Shown: positions 41,601 through 50,054 of the stretch, one piece after another
Layout: each line of letters starts with the position of its first letter
How positions within the stretch are numbered: the stretch's first letter is position 1
Origin: Okamejei kenojei
Taxonomy: Eukaryota
Direction: 5' to 3'
Length of the DNA stretch: 64,000 bases
Assembly (NCBI GenBank): GCA_035221665.1
Contig: CM069146.1
Span: 2,976,001-3,040,000, forward strand
The notes under the pieces: generated by a model
Databases searched by the model: none
Told to the model about the DNA's origin: nothing
What the model saw: the letters and a program-made list of their open reading frames with translations, nothing else
Position numbers and translations under genes: made by a program

Positions 41601-43478
41601 CGGGCGGGCACTGTACTCCAGGGAGCGAGTACTCCAGGGAGCGGTACTGATACTCCAGGGAGCGGGCACTCTGTTACTCCAGGGAGCGGGCACTGTTACT
41701 CCAGGGAGCGGGCACTCTGTTACTCCAGGGAGCGGGCACTCTGTTACTCCAGGGAGCGGGCACTCTGTTACTCCAGGGAGCGGGCACTACTGATGTTACT
41801 CCAGGGGGAGCGGGCACTGTTACTCCAGGGAGCGGGCACTCTGTTACTCCAGGGAGCGGGCACTGTGTTACTCCAGGGAGCGGGCACTGTGTTACTCCAG
41901 GGAGCGGGCACTGTTACTCCAGGGAGCGGGCACTGTGTTACTCCAGGGAGCGGGCACTGTTACTGTTTACTCCAGGGAGCGGGCACTCCAGTGTTACTCC
42001 AGGGAGCGGGCACTGTGTTACTCCAGGGAGCGGGCACTGTGTTACTCCAGGGGAGCGGGCACTGTTACTCAGTTACTCCAGGGAGCGGGCACTGTGTTAC
42101 TCCAGGGAGCGGGCACTGTTACTCCAGGGAGCGGGCACTGTGTTACTCCAGGGAGCGGGCACTGTGTTACTCCAGGGAGCGGGCACTGTGTTACTCCAGG
42201 GAGCGGGCACTGTGTTACTCCAGGGAGCGGGCACTGTACTCCAGGAGCGGCACTGTGTTACTCCAGGGAGCGGGCACTGTGTTTACTCCAGGGAGCGGCA
42301 CTGTGTTACTCCAGGGAGCGGGCACTGTACTCCAGGGAAGCGGGCACACTGTGTTACTCCAGGGAGCGGGCACTGTGTTACTCCAGGGAGCGGTCCTCCC
42401 AGGAGCGGGCACTGTGTTACTGCCAGGGAGCGACTACTCCAGGGAGCGAGTACTGATACTCCAGGGAGCGAGTACTGATACTCCAGGGAGCGAGTACTGA
42501 TACTCCAGGGAGCGAGTACTGATACTCCAGGGAGCGAGTACTGATACTCCAGGGAGCGAGTGTGTACTAGATACTCCAGGGAGCGAGTTACTTAGGGAGC
42601 TCTGATACTCCAGGGAGCGGGCACTACTCAGGGATACTCCAGGGGAGCACTGTTACTCCAGGGAGCGGACACTGGTTACTCCAGGGAGCTGGCGTGTTAC
42701 TCCAGGGAGCGGGCACTGACTCCTAGGGAGCTGGGCTCCAGTGACTCCATACTCCAGGGAGCGGGCACTGTGTTACTCCAGGGAGCGGGCACTGTACTCC
42801 AGTGTTACTCCAGGAGCGGCACTACTCCAGGAGCGAGTACTGATACTCCAGGGAGCGGGCACTGTTACTCCAGGGAGCGGGCACTGTTACTCCAGGGAGC
42901 GGGCACTGTTACTCCAGGGAGCGGGCACTGTTACTCCAGGGAGCGGTACTGCACTGTGTTACTCCAGGAGTGTACTGTTACTCCAGGGAGCGGGCACTGT
43001 TACTCCAGGGAGCGGGCACTGTTACTCCAGGGAGCGGGCACTGTTACTCCAGGGAGCGGGCACTGTGTTACTCCAGGGAGCGGGCACTGTGTTACTCCAG
43101 AGAGCGAGTACTGATACTCCAGGGAGCGGGCACTGTTACTCCAGGGAGCGGGCACTGTTACTCCAGGGAGCGGGCACTGTTACTCCAGGGAGCGGGAGCA
43201 CTGTTACTCCAGGGAGCGAGTACTGATACTCCAGGGAGCGGGCACTGTGTTACTCCAGGGAGAGAGTACTGATACTCCAGGGAGCGAGTACTGATACTCC
43301 AGGGAGCGAGTACTGATACTCCAGGGAGCGGGCACTGTTACTGTGTGAGTGCAGCCGCCGCCCTGCCTTCACTCACCTCACTAACCCGCGCCGCCCGGCT
43401 CAGCTCCGCGGCCTCCAGGAAGGTGAAGATGTGGATCAGACAGTCGCGGGTCAGGGCGCCGGCGGGGGGCGGCTCCAT
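5564..43478 (-). CDS. FBXW12: F-box/WD40-repeat protein gene (FBXW12-like), 10 coding exons, 473 aa
   Basis: Hand-joined exons 43377-43478, 31719-31756, 27668-27831, 26056-26177, 21106-21315, 18440-18601, 9573-9786, 8633-8811, 8413-8543, 5564-5663. All introns are GT..AG and phases are consistent (0,2,1,0,0,0,1,0,2). Total 1422 nt with no internal stop. N-terminal F-box ([39 protein letters not shown]) followed by WD40-like repeats ([18 protein letters not shown]; [11 protein letters not shown]; [13 protein letters not shown]). FBXW12 orthology is from recall of the C-terminal [22 protein letters not shown] block and was not checked by search. Confidence 0.88.
5870..6430 (+). mobile_element. 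CR1 3' fragment
   Basis: [14 protein letters not shown] motif; 3' end ctgcacctattttctatgtttcta. Confidence 0.85.
6590..7655 (-). mobile_element. CR1 fragment
   Basis: [23 protein letters not shown]; 3' end catagaaaataagtgc on plus strand. Confidence 0.88.
8413..8543 (-). CDS. FBXW12: FBXW12-like exon 9 ([19 protein letters not shown]...[12 protein letters not shown])
   Basis: Acceptor cctataaag|G, donor CAG|GTTTGG, 131 nt; WD40 motif. Confidence 0.9.
8633..8811 (-). CDS. FBXW12: FBXW12-like exon 8 (KQVGNF...[13 protein letters not shown])
   Basis: Acceptor ttttgatag|G, donor GTG|GTATGT, 179 nt; followed by an 89-nt intron. Confidence 0.88.
9573..9786 (-). CDS. FBXW12: FBXW12-like exon 7 (VLRTESL...[11 protein letters not shown]...KIEIQ)
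   Basis: Acceptor ttccttacag|G, donor AAG|GTATTT, 214 nt. Confidence 0.85.
11170..13560 (-). mobile_element. Degraded CR1 LINE (EN to RT)
   Basis: [12 protein letters not shown] (EN), [29 protein letters not shown]. Confidence 0.88.
13796..15789 (-). mobile_element. Young 5'-truncated CR1/HER1-type LINE (RT)
   Basis: [46 protein letters not shown]; (TTATATGG)n 3' tail; frameshift near 14760. Confidence 0.95.
15965..16280 (-). mobile_element. HE1/V-SINE-type SINE
   Basis: Reverse complement of the 2535-2800 family with (TTTAG)n tail. Confidence 0.8.
17700..18080 (-). mobile_element. CR1 3' fragment
   Basis: [25 protein letters not shown]; close match to 62190-62577. Confidence 0.9.
18440..18601 (-). 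CDS. FBXW12: FBXW12-like exon 6 (VGTGEGTL...NEVLTK)
   Basis: Acceptor cattgcag|G, donor AAG|GTAAAT, 162 nt. Confidence 0.88.
19060..19325 (-). mobile_element. HE1/V-SINE-type SINE
   Basis: Same head and core as the other copies. Confidence 0.78.
20505..20752 (+). mobile_element. HE1/V-SINE-type SINE
   Basis: ttcctcccacactccaaaga core; gggcctgtttc..ctaaagtaaa tail. Confidence 0.78.
21106..21315 (-). CDS. FBXW12: FBXW12-like exon 5 (GKQVWSTP...[11 protein letters not shown]...QHCLI)
   Basis: Acceptor tttcaaag|G, donor ATT|GTATGT, 210 nt. Confidence 0.9.
22980..23440. repeat. Degenerate ~21-22-bp tandem repeat (GGGGGATCAGTACAGGATGAAT)
   Basis: Visible directly; most regular at 23135-23290. 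Confidence 0.85.
23818..23845. mobile_element. 28-bp perfect palindrome flanked by an 8-bp TSD (fused TIRs of a hAT-type element)
   Basis: gtgcagct-CAAAGATCCTATAG|CTATAGGATCTTTG-gtgcagct. Confidence 0.8.
25218..25725 (-). mobile_element. CR1 3' fragment
   Basis: taggtgcaggagtaggccattcggccc 3' end and RT C-terminal sequence. Confidence 0.85.
26056..26177 (-). CDS. FBXW12: FBXW12-like exon 4 (RITGLQY...[13 protein letters not shown])
   Basis: Acceptor ctttgaag|G, donor GAG|GTCAGT, 122 nt, WD40 motif. Confidence 0.9.
27668..27831 (-). CDS. FBXW12: FBXW12-like exon 3 (KLCLVRW...SWKKYY...TFRGHR)
   Basis: Acceptor gcacag|A, donor G|GTAAAT, 164 nt, phase 2 to 1. Confidence 0.9.
28100..28440 (-). 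mobile_element. CR1 3' fragment
   Basis: cctgtcctatccatgtacct..tcctctggtcctcgat; same subfamily as 9185-9405 (+) and 10780-10925 (-). Confidence 0.75.
28915..29450 (-). mobile_element. Rex1/Babar-type LINE 3' fragment
   Basis: [50 protein letters not shown] is typical of the Rex1 RT C-terminus. Confidence 0.8.
30150..30995 (+). mobile_element. Degraded CR1 fragment
   Basis: [22 protein letters not shown] motifs and CR1 3' tail. Confidence 0.85.
31719..31756 (-). CDS. FBXW12: FBXW12-like exon 2, 38-nt micro-exon ([13 protein letters not shown])
   Basis: Acceptor tatttacag|G and donor AG|GTGAGG; completes the F-box W..LW motif; not in the ORF track. Confidence 0.9.
32140..32845 (+). mobile_element. 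Tc1-family transposon 3' fragment (IR/DR type)
   Basis: [24 protein letters not shown] (DD34E region); repeated caaacattatgg at ~32627 and ~32825 near the right end. Confidence 0.85.
33400..34160 (-). mobile_element. Degraded Penelope-like element fragment
   Basis: [20 protein letters not shown]; [11 protein letters not shown]; same family as 60045-61722. Confidence 0.75.
35780..40222 (+). mobile_element. L1-clade LINE with 5' UTR, ORF1, partial ORF2 and poly(A); internally deleted
   Basis: Starts GACTTCCGG; ORF1 coiled coil followed by [13 protein letters not shown] and ISIFRDY..YPATLRI; ORF2 [33 protein letters not shown]; 14-bp TSD aaaaagctggagta (35766-35779 / 40223-40236). Confidence 0.92.
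40585..43342. repeat. Minisatellite, 20-22-bp unit CTGT(GT)TACTCCAGGGAGCGGGCA, roughly 120-130 units
   Basis: Tandem array visible directly; variant unit TGATACTCCAGGGAGCGAGTAC forms blocks near 42450-42560 and 43260-43320. The long repetitive ORFs in the track are artefacts of this array. Confidence 0.97.
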
Positions 43479-43900
43479 CCCGGGGCAGCGCCTTACTCCA
43501 ACCGCGGGGCGGCGGGGACAGAGGGGGGAGAGAGGCCCGAACACCCGACAGGGCCAGGGCCGGGGCCCAGCGGCGGGAGGCGGGCAGTGGCAGTGAGGTG
43601 TGAGTGAGAGAGAGGCGTGGACGGCCACAGACGGCCGCTGGTGGCGGGGCCCTCACACACACTCACACTCACACACTCACACTCACACTCACACCCACTC
43701 ACACTGACACCCACACAGCAGCCGCTTCACCCCTCCCCCTCCCCCTCCCCCTCCCCCTCCCCCTCCCCCTCCCCTCCCCCTCCCCCTCCCGCCTCTGAAA
43801 ACCCAGCCCCGCCTCCTACAAACGTTTCAAACCCAGCAGCTTTGTCCGTCTTCAGACACCAGGTGGAAACGTGTGAGAGAAAAGTGAATACTTGGAGGTA
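43340..43900. promoter_or_regulatory. CpG-island promoter region of the FBXW12-like gene (possibly bidirectional)
   Basis: CpG/GC-rich 43340-43650 around exon 1; (CACACT)n ~43653-43715; (CCCCCT)n ~43731-43790; GC-box-like ccccgcctcc at 43807-43816; plus-strand donor GAG|GTAAAA at 43897/43898. Confidence 0.65.
43377..43478 (-). CDS. FBXW12: FBXW12-like exon 1 ([34 protein letters not shown]), start of F-box
   Basis: ATG at 43478-43476 in gggATGg context inside a CpG island; donor GAG|GTGAGT; 102 nt. Confidence 0.9.
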
Positions 43901-43924
43901 AAAAAATACTGCTTTCAAAACTAT

Positions 43925-45009
43925 AATCGAGTTCGGTATTCCGACTGCGCATGCCCAGGTCATAGGTCACTCGCCATAAACATTGTCGTGAGTGGATCTG
44001 CTGTGTGTTATTTGTCCCTTTTTATCTGTATTTTCCAGCTTTGATTCTTCTAGGTAAGAAAATACTGCTTTAAAACTATGAATTAGTTGTGTTTAGTGTT
44101 CCTTTGTATTAATCTATGATGATTTGTCGGTTTTATTGCTTTATGCTTCAGTGAGTGTTTTATGCATCGTGCTGCTATGTGGGGACCGTGGTCGTGGTTG
44201 GGCCCAGGTCTCCGGCACTGTGGGTCCTGTTGAGTTGCTGCTGGACCATCCCCGTCCCCTCCCAGGTGCCGGTGGTGGCCGAGCGCCGGTCATCGGCGGA
44301 GATGCACACACAACGTGCTACGGTGGCTCGGCGGGTCAGGCAACATCTCTGGAGAAGGGTCTCGACCCAAAGCGTCACCCATTCCTTTTCTCGGGATGCT
44401 ACCTGTCCAGCTGATTCGCTGAAGCATTTTGTGTGTGTCCCCGTTTAGGGCAGGTGTTTGGCTTTCGCCGGCGCCGGAGGGGTTGGCCAGCGGCCGCTTG
44501 GTGGGGCGGAGGGTGCGCCTGGCAGTCCCCGGCCCATTAGGGAGCCAGTTCCTTGAGAGTTGCAGTGGGGTTGGGCTGGAATTACGGCTTCTTCTCTGCG
44601 CTGGCTGTGGGCCACTGCTCCAGGGTCGCCCCTGATGTCTCCAGCAGCCCCCGGGCGGGGATGGGACCCTGGGGAGAGGGGGGGCCCGTAACGGTCCATT
44701 GGCGGTTCGGTAGCGCTTGTGGCGCCAGGGACTCAGGTTCGATCCTGACTGCGGATGAGGCACAGGTCTGAGTGCACACTCTCCCCTGTCTCCCGCTCGT
44801 ATCTGCCCCCTCTCTCTTGCTGTTACACCCTGCTCTCCCGCTACCTGGCACTCCCGTTCATCAGATTAAATATTTTCTAACACATAAATTATGAATAAAG
44901 ATAATAATTTATACACAGTTTATTCAGCCAGCACTTTATTCGCTTTATATCGAATGACCTTTGACAAATCCCATGATTCCTTGCTTTTTTCGGAATACCG
45001 AACTCGCTT
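43925..45009 (+). mobile_element. Non-autonomous ISL2EU-like DNA transposon (1085 bp)
   Basis: TIRs AATCGAGTTCGGTATTCCGA (43925-43944) and TCGGAATACCGAACTCGCTT (44990-45009), 19/20 match; AT on both sides (43923-24, 45010-11); subterminal cgaatgacctttgacaaatc also found at ~61903-61922. Confidence 0.8.
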
Positions 45010-45441
45010 ATTAACTGGGTGTATTTATGGTTCATTTGTACAAACTACAATAATTTTGGTGGTTTTAGTGGCTTTTCCTTGGTTCTTTCCTGGCCTACTT
45101 TGGTGAGTGAGCGAGATCGTGACGATGAATAACAACCATTTTTTATTATTCTTGCTTTGGAGGGGTGTGGGGGGGGGGGGGGGGGGGGGGGGAATGAAAT
45201 GTATGATTTCTATAACTATCAATAGATAATATGAAAAGTATTTGTGGGGTTTTCACCTCTTACTATACTAGTCCACGGCCACGGGCTGTATGCACGTTTG
45301 TTGACTTCTGAATGATTTCTGCATGTACATGTGTAAGTCAAGTTGTGTAGTACAAAACTTAGTCACGAGTCTCCTGACTAATCATGTCTCTTCTGATTCC
45401 CATTACATTGGATCATTTTAATCAGTATTTGATGTTTTAAT

Positions 45442-48283
45442 TCAAAATCAAAAAGAAATAGGTACATTGACTAATGAGATTAAAGAAATTGATAACAAAT
45501 ATTCAAAAGCTCCTAATTCCTAGAGCTCTACAAGAATAGAGTGAACTTCAATTGAGACATGATTTGTTATTAGTATCACAGATTGAGAACCAGTTACTTA
45601 AAACCAAAAGTCAATTTTATATACATGGCGAAAAATCGCTAATCAATTGAAAGCGGTGTCGGCCAAGCATCAGATTACTAAAGTGAGAAAACGGGATGGG
45701 TCAGTAACTGTAGACCATGATGAAATTAATAGATCCATTCAAGAATTTTATACCTCCCTATACCAATCAGATCTTCCTACTGATTCCAATATAATGCATG
45801 AGTTTTTAAAGAAACTGAACTTACCAAATTTACCATATAATGAGTCTCTTGTTAGATGAACCTGAGTCTCTGGAGATGAAATACAGAAAGCAATTTTTTC
45901 AACGAATTTTGGTAAAGTTCCCGGTTTAGATGGGTTCACAGTAGAATTTTTTGAATATTTTTCAAATTTATTGTCTCCATGGCTATGTAAGGTATTTAAA
46001 GAAGCCCTTTTAAAGAATAGATTACCACAATCATTTTATGAAGCTTCTATTTCTTTAATTCTTAAAAAAGATAAAGACCCTACTGAAGTTTCATTATGTA
46101 GACCTATATGAATGTTAAATGTAGATTTCAAAATTCTTTCCAAAATATTAGCTATGAGATTGGAAAAGATTTTACCGCAAATTATCTCTGAAGGTTAGAC
46201 CGGTTTTATTAAAAATCGTTATACTTTAACATTAGGAGATTAATGAATATTGTATATACAGCATTTAATAAAACCCCAGAATGTGTCATCTCACTTGATG
46301 CCGAGAAAGCGTTTGATAGAGTAGATTGGGATTTTTCATTCAATACACTTGAAAAATTTAAGATTGTTCCAAAATGTATTTCTTGGATCAATCTGACATA
46401 TCATATACCTCTGGCTACTGTATTTACTAATAATCAATGATCCCCTTTTTTCAGGCTCTTTCAAGGTACCAGACAGGGCTGTCCCTTAAGTCCTTTAATG
46501 TTTGATATTGCTTTGGAACCTTTAGCCACCACTATTAGGGAATCCCCTAATATTTTTGGTACTGTCCGCGGCAATAAGACACATAAGCTATCTCTTTATG
46601 CAGATGATCTGTTATTATTTATTTCTAACCCTGAGAAATCTATTCCGGCAATAGTAGCATTACTTAATCAATTTAGTAGTTTTTTTGGGTTATAAACAAA
46701 ATCTTAGTAAGAGTGTGCTTTTTCCATTAAATAATCTTGTTTTGAATTATGGTCAGTTTCCATTTAGATTGACTACCGAAAGTTTTACTTATTTAGGTAT
46801 TAAGATCACCAAGAAACACAAGAATTTATTTAAAGCCAATTTTATGCCTTTAATTGACCATCAGTTTACTAAATGGTCACCAAAGTCCTTATCCCCAATT
46901 GGCCGAATCAATGCTATTAAAATGTTAATTTTACCTAAATTTCTGTATTTATTTCAGACGATACCAATTTTTATTGCCAAATCTTTCTTTGACATTATAG
47001 ACTCCAAAATGTTTTATATATATGGCAGAATAAAAATCCCAGACTAAGTAAAAAACATTTACAGAAATTTTAAGAAAATAGCGGTTTGGCATTGCCGAAC
47101 CTTAGATTTTACTATTGGGCAGTCAATGTTCGTTATTTAACATTTTGGACAAAAGATTTAGAAGATACCCAATGCCCAGGATGGATAAACCTTGACCGTG
47201 ATTCCCTACAAGGGCTATCATTGGCCTCTATTCCAGGGGCCTCGTTACCTTTCACAATTACGAGATTGAATAAATATATGACTAACCCAATAATAAGACA
47301 TACGTTCCGAATATGGTTTCAATTTCGTAAGTTTTTTGGACTAAATGATTTTATCTTATCGAGTCCTATTTTATCCAACTTTCTCTTCCAACCATCTAGT
47401 ACTGATCAAGTCTTTTTGTTATGGAAGAGGAAGGGTTTAGTAGCTTTTCGTGATTTGTTTTTGCAGGGTTGTTTTATGTCTTTCAACTCTCCAATAAATA
47501 TAACTTACCTAATTTACACTGTTTTAGATATTTACAAATTAGACACTTTATGAAGGCTACTCTACCCCTTTTTCCGCTACCACATCAAACCAAAATTTTG
47601 GATTTTTTTTTACAGCTGAACCCGTATCAGAAAGGATTAATAACGACTATTTACAAGTTGATTTTGAAATTACAAATAGGTACATTTGATAATTTAAGAA
47701 TGACTGGGAAAGAGAACTGCAAACTTCTTTATCTGTAGAGAAATGGGAGAGGATTCTTCAGTTAGTCAATACCTTTTCAATGTGTGCAAGACACGCTTTG
47801 ATACAATTCAAGGTGGTTCAAGAGCTCATATGTCAAAAGATAAGTTGCCTCGTTTTTATGGTCATATAAACCCTACCTGTGACAGATGTAACTCTGAAAT
47901 GGCCACTCTGACCCATATGTTTTGGTCTTGCCCACTTTTGGAAAAATATTGGAAAGACATTTTTGATACTATTTCTGTAGTCTTAGGTATTGATTTATAA
48001 TAGCTTTTTCTTTTTCTTTCTGTCTTTTTATTTTCGTGTTTTTTTCTACATTTATAAGTTTTCTTTTAAAGATTTAACTATATTTACAGGTGGTCTATAC
48101 TCAATGTGTATTTTGACATTTATCTCATATACGGTTATACCTGTTATTAATGTTATCCAGATCCCTATGTATCAATATCATTGTTATGTTTATAACTTTT
48201 TATTGCTCTTGTTTTTTTGTAATGTTTTATTTTTGTTTTCCTTGGAAAAAAAACCAATAAAAAGATTTTAAAAGAAAAGAAAA
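45442..48283 (+). mobile_element. 5'-truncated L1-clade LINE (degenerate ORF2 RT and C-terminus)
   Basis: [40 protein letters not shown]; AATAAA plus A-rich tail; TSD gatgttttaat (45431-45441) / gacgttttaat (48284-48294). Confidence 0.9.
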
Positions 48284-48470
48284 GACGTTTTAATGTTCTG
48301 TTATAATATTGTGTTTGTATAAATGATCTCAATATATTTGCACCATTTTATTTTGCATTGTAATGTAACATGTATTATATTGGAACATGTAATGGACATG
48401 CTTACAGGACCGTATTTGAATATGATTGACTTCGTTATTCATTTTGTTTTATATGTTACAGGGCAAAGCC

Positions 48471-50054
48471 ATGCCAATTTGTGCAATTTTGGGCTGTTCG
48501 AACAGCACATATCACCTGTATAAGTGGAAGTATGATGTGTGTGACAGCCACAAATGTAAAGTCGCAACGGGAAATTGTTTCTGCCCACCTCCCTTCAAAC
48601 TCTTTCCATTTCCGACAGAGAGGAGGGATGGAGCAGCCCGGTTGCGTTGGGCCAAACTGGTCAACCGAAAGAACCAGAAAGGCACGCATTGGCTGCCTCA
48701 CCCGAACGGCTATAGCCGCGTGTGCTCTAAGCACTTTGTGGACGGCGAACCAACAGAGCTCAATCCAGACCCGATCTTGAATCTTGGTTATTTGTTATTG
48801 GACTCTCCAATGTCCCCACGTACACTCCCTCGCAGAGATGAAACGCCTTGTAATAAAAGGAGAAAGTCGGTGACAGCAACGCAATCCAATGTTGACCAAC
48901 ATGTTGACGATGGACCAGGCAACAAGCGGTTACGAGCCTTTGCTGTAGATCATGCTTATGTGTACAAATGCAGCTGTCAAGAGAACTGTAATTGCATGGG
49001 ATGCATCCAAAAGCAGAAGGACATAAACAAACTGACTGACAAAGTTGAAATGTTGGTAGGCAAGGTAGAAGAATTGAAACTAAAACTGAAGAATGCTTCA
49101 GTTAAAAAGCGCTTTTGTAGCAATATCGATGACAAAAATGTGAGAAGATTGACAGGGCTTTCTTCGACGGAAGACTTAGACAACCTATGCGAGTATCTGA
49201 AGCCTAAAGCAATGAAAATGCGATATTGCGAAGGGAAGAAAAAAGTCGTCAACACTAAAGTACCAAGAAATTTTAAACGAACACCAAAGAAGACTGGACC
49301 CAAATCAAAACTTAGCATAAAGGATGAAATGATACTCGTGTTGATGAAACTGCGCCTTGGGCTATCGATGGTGTTTCTCGCGTCTTTGTTTGGACTTAGT
49401 GTGGGTACATGTTCTAAAATATTCTATACTTGGATTAAATTCCTAGCCATCCATCTGAAACCCCTGATTTTCTGGCCAAACCGTGATTTGATAAGGTCCA
49501 CGCAGCCGAAACAGATAATAAGTAAATGGCCATCGCTGAGATGCATTCTCGACTGTACAGAGATATTTATAGAACGACCACAGCATCTACAGTTGCAGGC
49601 TTTGACATGGTCCGAACACAAGAAACACAACACTGTGAAACTATTGGTTGGAATTGCCCCAAACGGCATGATCACATTCTTATCAAAAGCTTGGGGTGGG
49701 CGATCATCTGATGCACACATTGTTAGGAAGAGCGAATTTTTTAATTTACTTGATCCTGGGGATTGCATAATGGTAGATAGAGAATTTCCCATTCAAGACG
49801 AATTGAAGTTTCGCCAAGCCTATTTAGAGATTCTCCCTCCCAGTGATGGTTATCAGCAAATGACTACAGAAAAAGTACATCAAACCAAGAAGGTTGCCAA
49901 TGTCCGCATTCATGTTGAACGGGCCATAGGTCGTCTAAAGTATTTTAACATCCTGGGAAACACTTTACCCATCACTTTAGTTCCGCATATTGATGATATT
50001 TTCACCGTCTGCGCAGCATTATGTAATTTACTGCCTCCATTGGTGTGTAAATGA
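48471..50054 (+). CDS. THAP + HTH + DDE_Tnp_4 (HARBI1/ISL2EU-type) transposase, 527 aa, uninterrupted ORF
   Basis: THAP C2CH motif (MPICAILGC..FPFP..W..RVCSKHF..P), coiled-coil stretch, HTH-like LVLMKLRLGL..LASLFGLS, catalytic triad ILDCTE / MVDREF / RIHVERAIG. Acceptor tgttacag|G at 48461/48462 and gccATG at 48471. Confidence 0.9.
   Translation: MPICAILGCSNSTYHLYKWKYDVCDSHKCKVATGNCFCPPPFKLFPFPTERRDGAARLRWAKLVNRKNQKGTHWLPHPNGYSRVCSKHFVDGEPTELNPDPILNLGYLLLDSPMSPRTLPRRDETPCNKRRKSVTATQSNVDQHVDDGPGNKRLRAFAVDHAYVYKCSCQENCNCMGCIQKQKDINKLTDKVEMLVGKVEELKLKLKNASVKKRFCSNIDDKNVRRLTGLSSTEDLDNLCEYLKPKAMKMRYCEGKKKVVNTKVPRNFKRTPKKTGPKSKLSIKDEMILVLMKLRLGLSMVFLASLFGLSVGTCSKIFYTWIKFLAIHLKPLIFWPNRDLIRSTQPKQIISKWPSLRCILDCTEIFIERPQHLQLQALTWSEHKKHNTVKLLVGIAPNGMITFLSKAWGGRSSDAHIVRKSEFFNLLDPGDCIMVDREFPIQDELKFRQAYLEILPPSDGYQQMTTEKVHQTKKVANVRIHVERAIGRLKYFNILGNTLPITLVPHIDDIFTVCAALCNLLPPLVCK

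Noticed and set aside
40450-43272. Long ORFs of 447 and 656 aa and related ORFs; superficially CRISPR-like repeats
   Set aside because: Translations of a 20-22-bp minisatellite. There are no unique spacers or cas genes and the context is eukaryotic.
44124-44851. GC-rich ORFs inside the small ISL2EU element
   Set aside because: Composite of a Penelope tail, a SINE head and GC-rich filler; no recognisable domain.
48426-48470. N-terminal extension of the 542-aa ORF
   Set aside because: Starts at TTG within a polypyrimidine tract and acceptor; THAP domains are N-terminal, so ATG 48471 is preferred.
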